Under the pieces are notes generated by a model. It did no database searches, had not been told where the DNA came from, and saw only the letters and a program-made list of their open reading frames with translations. From Thermoplasmata archaeon (GTDB taxonomy: Archaea > Thermoplasmatota > Thermoplasmata > RBG-16-68-12 > JAJISG01): 64,000 nucleotides of DNA. Where the stretch lies: contig JBHIBO010000009.1 of assembly GCA_046759185.1 (NCBI GenBank), forward strand, positions 194 through 64,193. The letters run 5' to 3'. Below are positions 16,308 through 25,423 of this stretch, in pieces. A program made the translations under genes and the position numbers. Positions within the stretch are counted from its first letter, which is position 1, and each line of letters opens with the position of its first letter.

Positions 16308-16424
16308 TGGCCTGGGCTCCAGCTCGGGGCCGGTCAGCCGCCGACCTCCGCCCTTTTCTCGCCCAAGGAACGAGGAGCTTTATAGTCCCCCCGGCGCGAA
16401 GACCACTCCTCTTATGGGCCCATT

Positions 16425-17435
16425 GTGTACGCCACGCGCATGAGCCGTCTGGAACCCAGCCCGGTGAGGGAGATTCAGGCCGCCCAGGAGCGCATCGCGG
16501 ACACGGCCGTGCGAACCCCCCTGGTCCGTCTCAATCTGGAGGACACACCGGCTGACATCTACCTGAAACTGGAGAATCTGCAGCCTGTAGGCTCCTTCAA
16601 AATGCGGGGGGCCGGCAACGCCGTCCTGAAGGCGGTCGAAGAGGGGCTCGAGGAGCGGGTTTGGACCGTGAGCGCGGGGAACATGGCTCAGGGCCTGGCC
16701 TGGTATGCGCACCACGTCGGCCTCCCGAGCAGCGTCCTCGTCCCGGAGGACGCTCCCGCGACGAAGCTCGCAGCCCTGGAACGCATGGGGACCGAAATCG
16801 TGTCCGTGTCCCACGAGGAGACGTTCCGGGTTGCCGCGTCAGGCCGGTACGCGGGCATCCAGGGTCACTTCGTCCATCCCTTCGCGGACCCGGACGTCAT
16901 CGCGGGTAACGGCACCATCGGGTTGGAGATTCTTGAGGATCTCCCGACCGTCGACGCCGTCGTGATTCCCTACGGGGGCGGTGGACTCAGTGTCGGGATC
17001 GCCTCCGCCCTCCAGGCCCAGTCTCCCGGCATGAGGGTCTTCGCCGCGGAGGTGGAGACGGCCGCTCCGTTAGCGGCGTCCCTGGCCGCGGGCTCGCCAC
17101 AGGAGGTCACCCGTACACCGAGCTTCATCGATGGGATCGGGCACCCCCTGGTGTACCCGGATATGTGGCACCTAGCGAGGCGTCTCCTGACCAGCTCCCT
17201 GGTGGTCCCCTTGGCGGAGGTTGTGGCGGCCATCCGCCTTCTCCTCGAACGCCATCGAATTGTCGTCGAGGGGGGAGGGGCGACGGCTCTGGCGGCCGCG
17301 TTGGCGGGGGGAGTCGACGGCGAGAAGATCGTCTGCATTGTTTCGGGAGGAAACCTGGATGCGAGGAGTCTTCGTGCCATTCTCCGGGGGGAAATTCCTG
17401 AAGGACCCCGCGGTGGGAAAGATCACAGCGGATAG
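16425..17435 (+). CDS. PLP-dependent threonine ammonia-lyase / serine-threonine dehydratase (fold type II)
   Basis: PLP-lysine motif GSFKMRGA and a glycine-rich IPYGGGGLSVG loop. GTG start at 16425; the in-frame ATG at 16440 is an alternative. Confidence 0.8.
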   Translation: MYATRMSRLEPSPVREIQAAQERIADTAVRTPLVRLNLEDTPADIYLKLENLQPVGSFKMRGAGNAVLKAVEEGLEERVWTVSAGNMAQGLAWYAHHVGLPSSVLVPEDAPATKLAALERMGTEIVSVSHEETFRVAASGRYAGIQGHFVHPFADPDVIAGNGTIGLEILEDLPTVDAVVIPYGGGGLSVGIASALQAQSPGMRVFAAEVETAAPLAASLAAGSPQEVTRTPSFIDGIGHPLVYPDMWHLARRLLTSSLVVPLAEVVAAIRLLLERHRIVVEGGGATALAAALAGGVDGEKIVCIVSGGNLDARSLRAILRGEIPEGPRGGKDHSG

Positions 17436-17491
17436 ACCGCGATGAGTGGCGGATCTTCACGCGGGGAAAGTGTCCGCTGGCTGATCTCGAA

Positions 17492-17662
17492 TCAATTGTA
17501 CATCGACAGGTCGTCGCGGGAGGGGAACTCCCCCGGTCCCTCCTCCTCCCCCATGTCCTCAAACACGACGCCGAACAAGGCACCGACCATTTCCCGAAGC
17601 TGGGCAATCTCTTCACGCAGGCGCTTGACCTCTGCCAAAAGCTCGTCCCGGCTCTCCTCCAT
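17492..17662 (-). CDS. Small coiled-coil hypothetical protein (56 aa)
   Basis: Internal ATG start (MEESRDELLAEVKRLREEIAQLRE...); weak support. Confidence 0.3.
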   Translation of the reverse strand: MEESRDELLAEVKRLREEIAQLREMVGALFGVVFEDMGEEEGPGEFPSRDDLSMYN

Positions 17663-17702
17663 GGGGCACTCCCCTGTGATTTGGCCTAAGTGAGGCCTTG
17701 CT

Positions 17703-18272
17703 TTAACCCTTTCTCCAGCCCACAACGGCGTCGTAAACGGTGGACACCTTGCGGGATTCCCTCCGCTCGCAGACACCGCAGTAGAGCTGGCGTCCCTGCT
17801 TCACCATGGGCGACCGATCCCGCGTACACAAGCCTCGGACGACGCCCAGCTGCGGCTCGTTGGTCGCGAGCTGCAGCGACGGCTTGACCTGGACGACCCG
17901 AGCCCGGATTAGGTCCGCGATGCGCATCTCCCGCTTCGCATCCTCGGTGTACTGGTCGGAGATCTTGGAGATGTGAATCGTACCCGACGTGTCACCGGTC
18001 ACGGCCCGTTCCATGCCTTCGACGGCCTCGACGTCCACGATGACCATGCTCGGTCGGACATCCCTCACCGTGGCGAGCACGAGGTCGCCCACCTTGAGCT
18101 CGACGGGCGGGTTGAAACCACGCACGCGGGCGACGCGGTCCTGGGCGTCGAGGTTCAATTCGCCCATCTGGGACGCGTAGATGTCTCCCTCTGCCTCGTA
18201 CGTTCCCTCCCCGGCGATGTACTCCTCCGTCACGGCCACGCGCTGTCCTGGAAATACAACTTTGGCTTTCAT
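17703..18272 (-). CDS. csl4: Exosome complex RNA-binding protein Csl4 (S1 domain + zinc ribbon)
   Basis: S1 fold followed by a C-terminal CTRD...CGVC zinc ribbon; 189 aa. Confidence 0.8.
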   Translation of the reverse strand: MKAKVVFPGQRVAVTEEYIAGEGTYEAEGDIYASQMGELNLDAQDRVARVRGFNPPVELKVGDLVLATVRDVRPSMVIVDVEAVEGMERAVTGDTSGTIHISKISDQYTEDAKREMRIADLIRARVVQVKPSLQLATNEPQLGVVRGLCTRDRSPMVKQGRQLYCGVCERRESRKVSTVYDAVVGWRKG

Positions 18273-18898
18273 GTGTCCTCCCGCAGAATGCGATAGTGGT
18301 GAACTTCAACCTCACCTGCGCTCTTTCGGTGGTAGGGTTGCGAAAGGGGCAGCGGGAACTTATAGGTTCTCCGCTCCCGGACCGTTCCTCCCAGGCGGTT
18401 CACCTCCTGCTCCACGAACGGCCCGGTGGCCGCGTTGTGGAACGTATACACCACGGGAGCCGCCCGAAGGGCGGCCTCGAGGAAGGGACGGTCCGCGTGT
18501 TTCCTCTGCCCGCCGAAAGGGGGGTTCATGAAGACCGTATCGACCTCTTCGGCGAAGGCACGGACGTCGCTGTGGACAAACACCACGTCGAGGTCGCGCC
18601 TCTCGGCGTTGCCCCGGGCGACCCGAAGGGCTTCCTCATCCGCATCCAGGGCGATCACTCCCGAGGCCTCGAGATGGGCTGCACCCACCGCCAGGACTCC
18701 GTTCCCACACCCGAGATCCGCCACCCGACGTCGCCAGACGTCCCGATGGCCGTAGGCCCGAAAGAGGACCTCAGCGGCGATGTCCGCCGGGACAGGGTAC
18801 TGCTCTAATGTGTCCTTGGGCTTCGGGAGGGGATCGAGGGTCTGGAGGAAGATGGCGAGGTCCTTCCGCTTGATCGTCGGACAGGCTACGGGCTCCAT
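18269..18898 (-). CDS. Class I SAM-dependent N6-adenine-type methyltransferase (putative RNA methylase, METTL5-like)
   Basis: SAM motif DLGCGNGVL and catalytic NPPFG; overlaps csl4 by 4 nt. Confidence 0.7.
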   Translation of the reverse strand: MEPVACPTIKRKDLAIFLQTLDPLPKPKDTLEQYPVPADIAAEVLFRAYGHRDVWRRRVADLGCGNGVLAVGAAHLEASGVIALDADEEALRVARGNAERRDLDVVFVHSDVRAFAEEVDTVFMNPPFGGQRKHADRPFLEAALRAAPVVYTFHNAATGPFVEQEVNRLGGTVRERRTYKFPLPLSQPYHRKSAGEVEVHHYRILREDT

Positions 18899-18926
18899 GG
18901 GCGGGAAACCACGCCCCGGGAAGATT

Positions 18927-20162
18927 TCAATCTTTTCGCTTGAGCTGCTGCCCGGCCTCCTCGGCTCTCTGGGTCGCGTCCCGGAGCGGGATGTTCAGGG
19001 CGTCCGCAGCCTCCCGGACGTCCTCAAACTCGGGCTTGATGCTCAGGACCTCTCCCTGGGCACCCCGGGCGACCTTGAACTGGATCTTCGCCCCCTCGAG
19101 GGCGGGCACCTCCAGGGTCCTGGTTTCCCGTTCCAAGACCATGCGTCGTTGGGTCCGGTTTACCCGGACTCCCAGGGTCCCCGTCTCCCGCTGAATCAGA
19201 CCCACGATTCGGTCCTCCTGGCCCGGCGGGCTGAACACTTGGAGGAGGTGACCCGGTCGATTCTTCTTCGTCACCGTCGGAACGAGATGGAAGTCCAGGA
19301 CCCCCGCCGCCGTCAAGCGTTGCGCCAGATGTCCCAGGACCTCCCCCGTCACGTCATCGAGGTTGGTCTCCAGGACAGAGATGACCTCCTCTCCGGGGGG
19401 GCCGGTTCGACCCAGAATGGCGCGGAGGACGTTGGGGACTCCCTCCAGATCACGGCTACCCGCGCCGTACCCGATGGCCTCGGCGCGGATCGTGAAAGTA
19501 GGATCGAAACTGTCCACGAGGGCGGCCAACAGGGCGACCCCCGTGGGCGTCGCCAACGCCCCCATCGTTGATGTCTGATGGAAGGGGATGGCATGCACCG
19601 TCAGGATCTCGGCCACAACCGGGGGTGGGACGGGGAGACGACCATGACGAGTCTCCACGGTTCCGCTTCCCACGGCGACCGGCGTTGAGACGATCTGGGT
19701 CTGCCCGTCCAGGATGTCCAAGTCGTCGAGGAGCAGAGCCGTACCGAGCAAGTCTAGGATGGTGTCCGATGAGCCGAGTTCATGAAGGAGGACCTTCTCG
19801 CCGTCTTCCCCGTGTACGTCGCCCTCCGCATGTACCAGGATGCTCCCGGCCCGAAGCGCCATCTCCAGAGCCTGGTCAGTCAAGGTGAGGCCCGCGGCCA
19901 CCTCTTCAAGGGCTGCGAGAAACGCCGCTCCCGATCTCTCTTCCTCCTTCGACGGAAGGGACCAGTCCATCCACTGCACGCCGAGGCCGCCTCGGTGGAC
20001 GCGTTTGGCCTCCAGGGAAGCCGGCTGCCCCGCGTGTTTGGAGACGGCTACGGCCAGCCCGTCGAGGGGCTCCTGATTCGCTCCCAGGTCCAGCAGGCAA
20101 CCCAGGAGCATGTTCCCGCTGACGCCGGCCAACGACGGGTCCAAGAGGAGCACGCCGGCCAA
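18927..20162 (-). CDS. larC: LarC-family nickel-insertion protein (DUF111)
   Basis: N-terminal LLLDPSLAGVSGNMLLGCLLDLG signature, 411 aa. Confidence 0.8.
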   Translation of the reverse strand: MAGVLLLDPSLAGVSGNMLLGCLLDLGANQEPLDGLAVAVSKHAGQPASLEAKRVHRGGLGVQWMDWSLPSKEEERSGAAFLAALEEVAAGLTLTDQALEMALRAGSILVHAEGDVHGEDGEKVLLHELGSSDTILDLLGTALLLDDLDILDGQTQIVSTPVAVGSGTVETRHGRLPVPPPVVAEILTVHAIPFHQTSTMGALATPTGVALLAALVDSFDPTFTIRAEAIGYGAGSRDLEGVPNVLRAILGRTGPPGEEVISVLETNLDDVTGEVLGHLAQRLTAAGVLDFHLVPTVTKKNRPGHLLQVFSPPGQEDRIVGLIQRETGTLGVRVNRTQRRMVLERETRTLEVPALEGAKIQFKVARGAQGEVLSIKPEFEDVREAADALNIPLRDATQRAEEAGQQLKRKD

Positions 20163-20172
20163 GGAACCACCT

Positions 20173-20448
20173 CTAAGCGATGTAGCGGTCGGCGGAGCCT
20201 TCGTAGTCCCTCAGCGCCACGACGCTCGAAAGCTGTCCGATGATCTCACGTGCGAGGTCTCGGGTAAAAGCATGCTCCGGAATCTCGTCCGTCTCCTGAA
20301 TCCACGTAAGGACCTCCCCCAGTGCCTCCTTCATCTCGTCCGTGGTGAGGTCCTGATCCATGCGGGAGACGGCTTCCTCCGTCCGAAGCATGGCCAAAAC
20401 GAAGTCCTTGCACAGGCCGACGAGGTGCGTGACCTTCTCCGCCGTCAT
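20173..20448 (-). CDS. Hypothetical protein (91 aa, acidic)
   Basis: ORF with ATG start lying between larC and the arsC-like gene on the same strand. Confidence 0.35.
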   Translation of the reverse strand: MTAEKVTHLVGLCKDFVLAMLRTEEAVSRMDQDLTTDEMKEALGEVLTWIQETDEIPEHAFTRDLAREIIGQLSSVVALRDYEGSADRYIA

Positions 20449-20507
20449 CGTGCGTCCCCGGTCCGAAGAAAGGCATCCTGGCGGAATAAAGGTTACTTGG
20501 GGGACAC

Positions 20508-20903
20508 CTACAGCTCCGCCAGGAGCCCCCGAACGCGCCCCTCAATCTCGTCCCGGAGGCCCCGGGCCTCCTCCTCCCCCATCCCGCCCGGGTCGGGGAG
20601 GGACCATTCCTCGGCGCGGTCGAGGATATTGGCGGGGCAAGCTTCCTCCGGGCTGCACCCCATGGTGACGATTCGGTCGGCCTGGCGTGCGAAGGCCATG
20701 TCCACCTCCTTCGGGACGTGGAGGGAGATATCGATGTTCCGCTCTCCCATGAGGCGCACCGCGACCGGGCTTACTTGCGAGGCGGGCTTCACGCCCCCGC
20801 TACGGACTAGGACCCCACGCGCCGCATGATGACGGGCGAACCCTTCCGCCATCTGGCTTCGGAAGCTGTTACCCACGCAGATGAAGAGGACCCGCTTGAC
20901 CAT
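20508..20903 (-). CDS. Low-molecular-weight phosphotyrosine phosphatase / arsenate reductase (ArsC, LMW-PTP family)
   Basis: CX5R P-loop in VLFICVGNSFRSQMAEGF. Confidence 0.8.
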   Translation of the reverse strand: MVKRVLFICVGNSFRSQMAEGFARHHAARGVLVRSGGVKPASQVSPVAVRLMGERNIDISLHVPKEVDMAFARQADRIVTMGCSPEEACPANILDRAEEWSLPDPGGMGEEEARGLRDEIEGRVRGLLAEL

Positions 20904-20927
20904 GGCCCACTCCCGGCGAAGTCCCGC

Positions 20928-22391
20928 TCAGTAGCGGGTAAGCGTGGGATCGACCTGCGCTGCCCAAGCATCGATGCCCCCCGCCATGTTCCAGACGCGG
21001 GTGAACCCCAGGTCCCGTAGGAACTGGGTGATGCGTGCGCTGCGGGATCCGGTGTGGCAGTGGACGACGATGTTGTCTGCCGTGCTGAGTTCCCCGACCT
21101 TGTACGGGACCTCCCCCACCGGCATGAGTTTCGCGCCGTCGATGTGAACGATCTGCCACTCGATCGGCTCCCGGACGTCCAGGAGTGTGGCGTCGCCCTT
21201 CTGGACCATCACCGCTGCTTCCTGCACATCGACCTGGAACTCGCTCGCCAGGGCGTTCTCCGCCCCCAGGCCGCAGAAGGCCTCGTAGTCGATCAGCTCC
21301 GTCACCGTTGGGTTCTCCCCGCAGACGGGACAGCCCGGGTCCTTCCGGAGCTTCAGCTCCCGGAAGCTCATCTTCATCGCATCGAAGAGCAGCAGGCGTC
21401 CGACCAGGGTGTCCCCTTTCCCGAGGAGGACCTTCAGTGCCTCGTTGGCTTGGAGACTCCCCACGATCCCTGGCAGGACTCCTAGGACGCCGCCCTCCGC
21501 GCAGCTGGGCACGAGGCCCGGCGGCGGGGGCTCGGGGTAGAGGCACCGGTAGCAGGGACCCTGCGACGCGTCGAAGACGGAGACCTGCCCCTCGAAGCGG
21601 AAGATGCTTCCGTAGATGTTGGGCTTGCCCAGGATGACGCTCACGTCGTTGACGAGGTACCGGGTCGGGAAGTTGTCCGTCCCGTCGATGATGACGTCAT
21701 AGTCTCCCAGGATGTCGAGGGCGTTCTCACTGGTCAGGCGAACCTCGTGGGACTCCACCTGCACCCCGGGGTTGAGCGCTTCTAGCCTCTCCTGGGCCGC
21801 CTTCAGCTTGGGCCGGGCGAGGTCGTTGGTGTTGAAGAGGACCTGACGCTGGAGGTTGCTTTCGTCCACGGCGTCAAAATCCACCAGGCCGAGGCGGCCC
21901 ACGCCCGCGGCGGTGAGGTACATCCCCAGGGGAGCCCCGAGACCGCCTACGCCCACGATCAGGGCGCTGGATCGACGGAGGGTCTCTTGCCCCTCCAGAC
22001 CCACTTCCGGGAGGATCAGGTGTCGGCTGTAGCGCTTAATCTCTTCCTGTGTCAACCCCGCCTGGGGAGGCGGGCGCGGGCCGAGGGTAACGTTGGGGAA
22101 GGCGCCGCCGGCCACGCTGGGCACGATGATGACGGTGTCCCCCTCGGTCACGGAGGTGGCCTCCCGTTCCAGGTAGCGAATGTCCTCCTCGTTCACGTAG
22201 ACGTTCACGAAATTTCGGAGCTTGCCGTTGTCCCCGAGGAGGTACCGTTTGAGGGGTTCGTACTCTACGGCGAGCCCGTCCAAGAGCTCCTGGATCGTCT
22301 CTCCCTCCACGTCCAGGCTGTCTCGGTTCCCCACGTACTGCCGCAACGGCGTGGGAATTCGGATGGTCACGTTCGGCTTACTCATGCGCAC
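20928..22391 (-). CDS. Tri-domain fusion: MoaD/ThiS/CysO-like ubiquitin-like domain (ends ...PSVAGG) + MoeZ/MoeB-type E1 adenylyltransferase + C-terminal rhodanese
   Basis: Residues 1-96 form a beta-grasp Ubl ending in the GG motif typical of MoaD (GDTVIIVPSVAGG). Then comes the E1 domain (HLILPEVGLEGQETL, LIVGVGGLGAP, CxxC...CPVC), then a rhodanese domain with its active-site Cys (VVHCHTGSRSAR). Confidence 0.8.
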   Translation of the reverse strand: MRMSKPNVTIRIPTPLRQYVGNRDSLDVEGETIQELLDGLAVEYEPLKRYLLGDNGKLRNFVNVYVNEEDIRYLEREATSVTEGDTVIIVPSVAGGAFPNVTLGPRPPPQAGLTQEEIKRYSRHLILPEVGLEGQETLRRSSALIVGVGGLGAPLGMYLTAAGVGRLGLVDFDAVDESNLQRQVLFNTNDLARPKLKAAQERLEALNPGVQVESHEVRLTSENALDILGDYDVIIDGTDNFPTRYLVNDVSVILGKPNIYGSIFRFEGQVSVFDASQGPCYRCLYPEPPPPGLVPSCAEGGVLGVLPGIVGSLQANEALKVLLGKGDTLVGRLLLFDAMKMSFRELKLRKDPGCPVCGENPTVTELIDYEAFCGLGAENALASEFQVDVQEAAVMVQKGDATLLDVREPIEWQIVHIDGAKLMPVGEVPYKVGELSTADNIVVHCHTGSRSARITQFLRDLGFTRVWNMAGGIDAWAAQVDPTLTRY

Positions 22392-22824
22392 TCTCTCCTA
22401 CTTTTCCACGACGTTTAAACCTCAAGGGCTCCTCCACCATCTCCTCCTCTTCCCGGCGCCAAGCGGTCACGTCTCCCGACGCCTCTAACGCCGTGGCCAG
22501 GATGAGATAGGTGTACCACGGCCACGCCCGTTCGGTATCGTAGCGGGAGGGGGCGGCGGGGTGGTCGGGGTGGGAGTGATAGAACCCGAGCATGAGGAGG
22601 CCGCGATCGCGGGCCTCCCGATCCGCGTCGACGATGTCCCGAGGATCGATTTCGTAGCGGTCGCGTGTCGTCGCGGCGCGGAGATTGGTGGCCCGCCGGA
22701 TCGCCGTGACCTTGCGAACCTCTCCATCGAGGCCCAGAAGCACGCCGCACACCTCCGAGGGGTAGCCTTCTCGGGCGTGCTCTCGAAGTTCCTGGAGCAA
22801 CCTCTCCTCGAGTTCGAGCATCAA
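22378..22824 (-). CDS. JAMM/MPN+ metalloprotease (Mec+-like)
   Basis: JAMM motif E...HSHPDHPAAPSRYD (HxHx7SxxD) plus an upstream conserved Glu; 148 aa; overlaps the neighbouring genes at both ends. Confidence 0.8.
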   Translation of the reverse strand: MMLELEERLLQELREHAREGYPSEVCGVLLGLDGEVRKVTAIRRATNLRAATTRDRYEIDPRDIVDADREARDRGLLMLGFYHSHPDHPAAPSRYDTERAWPWYTYLILATALEASGDVTAWRREEEEMVEEPLRFKRRGKVGESAHE

Positions 22825-23762
22825 CCCTCCTCCCAGTAGCGTTCCGTCAGGTAGCGGTCGCCTGCGTCAGGAAAGACGGTGACGACAGTCCCCCTTCGGA
22901 GCCCCTTCGCGACTTGCAGTGCGGCGGCGAGGGCCGCACCCGATGAGGTCCCCACGAGAAGGCCTTCCCGCTCGGCCAGAAGGCGGGCGTGCCGCTGGGC
23001 TTCCTCCGTCTCCACGAAGAGGGTGTCGTCCTGAATCGTGGCGTCAAAGATTCCGGGCCGTATGGAGCTCTCCATGTGCTTCAGTCCCTCGATGCCATGG
23101 AGGGGTTCTCCGGGTTGGATACCGAGGATTTGGACCGAGGGGTCGTCTTCCCTGAGGCGTCGCCCGGTGCCCACCAAGGTCCCGCCCGTCCCCACCCCTG
23201 CAACGAAGTGGGTTATCTCGCCCCCCGTCTGATCGAGGATTTCCGGTGCGGTGCCCTCGTAGTGGGCCGCCCAATTCGCCGGGTTGTTGTATTGATCCAC
23301 GTAGAGGTACGCCCCGGGGTCCTCCCGATGGATCCGTGCGGCCACCCGCTGGGCCCCGTCGGTTCCCGCCAACGGGTCCGTCAGGACGAGTTCTGCGCCG
23401 AAGGAGCGCATGATGGTCTGACGGCCCCGACTCGCGTTGGAGGGGAGGACCAGCTTGGTGGGGATGCCCGTCGCGGCGCCGAGCATGGCTAGGGCGATGC
23501 CCGTGTTGCCGGAGGTGGCTTCCAGCAGGGTCATCCCCGCGCGGTAGGCGCCCGAAGCCAGGGCGTCGCGGATCATCCACAGCGCGGGTCGGTCCTTGAC
23601 GCTGCCCCCCGGGTTGAACCACTCGGCCTTGGCACGAAGCGTGACCCCATCCAGATCCCAAGACGCGGCATCCAGTCGGAGGAGCGGCGTGTTTCCAATC
23701 AAGGCTGTGATCGAAGCCTCCTGGAGCCTCCGGCCTGGCGTGCTTCCCACGCTGTCCTGCAT
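22821..23762 (-). CDS. cysM: Cysteine synthase (CysM/CysK family, PLP fold type II)
   Basis: PLP-lysine motif NPGGSVKDRPA, plus TSGNTGIALA and GVGTGGTLVG. Confidence 0.85.
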   Translation of the reverse strand: MQDSVGSTPGRRLQEASITALIGNTPLLRLDAASWDLDGVTLRAKAEWFNPGGSVKDRPALWMIRDALASGAYRAGMTLLEATSGNTGIALAMLGAATGIPTKLVLPSNASRGRQTIMRSFGAELVLTDPLAGTDGAQRVAARIHREDPGAYLYVDQYNNPANWAAHYEGTAPEILDQTGGEITHFVAGVGTGGTLVGTGRRLREDDPSVQILGIQPGEPLHGIEGLKHMESSIRPGIFDATIQDDTLFVETEEAQRHARLLAEREGLLVGTSSGAALAAALQVAKGLRRGTVVTVFPDAGDRYLTERYWEEG

Positions 23763-24137
23763 CTACGTGCCGTCCCCTTGGTAGGCCTTGAGGCCGATGC
23801 GCAGGGTGCTCAGGGAGAGGAGGGCACACTTGAGGCGAGCGTGGCTGATGGGGATGCCGAGGGTCTGCAGGACGGCGTCCTCGTCGATCTCGAGGACCTC
23901 CTTCAGGGTCTTCCCCTTGAGCTTCACGGTGAGCATGGAGGCGGAGGCCTGGCTGATGGCGCACCCTTCTCCCTGGAACTTCACGTCCTCCACGACGGCG
24001 TCGTCATCGAGCTTGAGGTAGAGGGCAATCTCGTCCCCGCACAGGGGGTTGTCCTCCCGGGCCCAGATATCGGCTTCCGCCAGGTCTCCCTTGTTCCGGG
24101 GGTTTTGGTAGTGATCCAGGATGGCCTCCTGATACAT
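23763..24137 (-). CDS. sufU: SufU/IscU-like Fe-S cluster assembly scaffold (NifU N-terminal type)
   Basis: Conserved motifs NPLCGDEIALYL, GEGCAISQASASM and HARLKCALL. Start at the ATG at 24137. The upstream 240 codons of the ORF-track ORF overlap sufS out of frame and are spurious. Confidence 0.8.
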   Translation of the reverse strand: MYQEAILDHYQNPRNKGDLAEADIWAREDNPLCGDEIALYLKLDDDAVVEDVKFQGEGCAISQASASMLTVKLKGKTLKEVLEIDEDAVLQTLGIPISHARLKCALLSLSTLRIGLKAYQGDGT

Positions 24138-24145
24138 CTCGTAGC

Positions 24146-25423
24146 TCACAGCCGGAAGACCTCCTTGACCCTCTCCAAGCCCTCGGCCAAGCGGTCGGCC
24201 TCGTCCCGGGTGTTGTACACGTAGAAGCTTGCTCGGGTGGTAGCGGGCACGTCCAGGCGGTCCATGAGGGGCTGAGCGCAGTGGTGACCGGCCCGGACGG
24301 CGATGCCTTCTGCGTCCAGGATCGAGGCGATGTCGTGGGCATGGACCCCCTCGAGCAGGAACGACAGAACGCCGGCTCGCTCTTTCACGTCGGTGGGGCC
24401 GTAGACGTGCAAGCCGTCGATGGCACCGAGCCGCTCCAAGGCATGTGCGCCGAGGACCATCTCGTGCTCTCGGACCCGGTGCATGTCTAACCCCTGGAGG
24501 TAGTCCACCGCGGCCCCGAGGCCGATGGCCCCCACGATGTTGGGCGTTCCTGCCTCGAACTTCCAAGGCAGGTCGTTCCAGCGGGCCCACCCTAGGTGGA
24601 CTTCCCGGATCATCTCCCCACCCCCCAGGAAGGGCTCCATCTCCTCCAGGACCTCCTCCCGCCCACACAGGGCCCCGATGCCCGTAGGCCCCAGCATCTT
24701 GTGCCCGGAGACGGCAAGGAAGTCGGCATCGATGGCCTGGGCGTCCACGGGCATGTGGGGGGCCGACTGGGCGGCGTCGACGAGGCAGAGGGCGTCGACC
24801 TCGTGGGCCCGCTTGGCGATCTCCGCCACGGGATTGATCGTCCCCAACACGTTGGAGCACTGGGTGACCGTGACGAGCTTGGTCTTCGAGGTAATGAGCT
24901 CGTCGTAGTCCTCCATTTTCAGCGTGCCGTCATCGTGAACATCCACCCACTTGAGGACCACGCCCTTCTGGTCCTGCAGGAAGTACCAGGGGATCGTGTT
25001 GGAGTGGTGCTCCATCACCGTGGAGACGATCTCGTCTCCCTCTTGGAGGCCCCCCTTCATCCCCCAGCCGTAGGCCACGGCGTTGATGGCCTCCGTCGTC
25101 CCGCTGGTGTAGACGACCTCTTCGCGAGCCCGGACGTTGAGGAAGGCCTGGAGCTTGTCCCGGGCGTCCTCGTACTCCTCCGTTGCCCGCTCCCCGAGTT
25201 CGTGGATGGCCCGATGGACGTTGGCCGTGTAGTGGTCCAGGTACTCGTTCATCTTCTCCACCACGGCCCGGGGTTTCTGGGACGTGGCCGCGTTGTCCAA
25301 GTAAACCAGCCGCTTCCCGTGGACCTCCTGGTCCAGAACGGGGAAGTCCTTCCGGACGACTCGTGCGTCCAAAACGCCCTCCTTCACCTTGCCCACCATC
25401 GCTATGCCTCCTCTCGCAACCAA
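24146..25423 (-). CDS. sufS: Cysteine desulfurase SufS (class II aminotransferase fold)
   Basis: Motifs YLDNAATSQKP and SGHKMLGPTGIGAL (PLP-Lys), and a C-terminal catalytic Cys region (RAGHHCAQP); 425 aa. Confidence 0.85.
   Translation of the reverse strand: MVARGGIAMVGKVKEGVLDARVVRKDFPVLDQEVHGKRLVYLDNAATSQKPRAVVEKMNEYLDHYTANVHRAIHELGERATEEYEDARDKLQAFLNVRAREEVVYTSGTTEAINAVAYGWGMKGGLQEGDEIVSTVMEHHSNTIPWYFLQDQKGVVLKWVDVHDDGTLKMEDYDELITSKTKLVTVTQCSNVLGTINPVAEIAKRAHEVDALCLVDAAQSAPHMPVDAQAIDADFLAVSGHKMLGPTGIGALCGREEVLEEMEPFLGGGEMIREVHLGWARWNDLPWKFEAGTPNIVGAIGLGAAVDYLQGLDMHRVREHEMVLGAHALERLGAIDGLHVYGPTDVKERAGVLSFLLEGVHAHDIASILDAEGIAVRAGHHCAQPLMDRLDVPATTRASFYVYNTRDEADRLAEGLERVKEVFRL

Noticed and set aside
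23763-24860. ORF-track 365-aa ORF extending upstream of sufU
   Set aside because: Only the last 124 codons, from the ATG at 24137, match SufU/IscU. The upstream part overlaps sufS in another frame and is Arg/Pro/Gly-rich nonsense.
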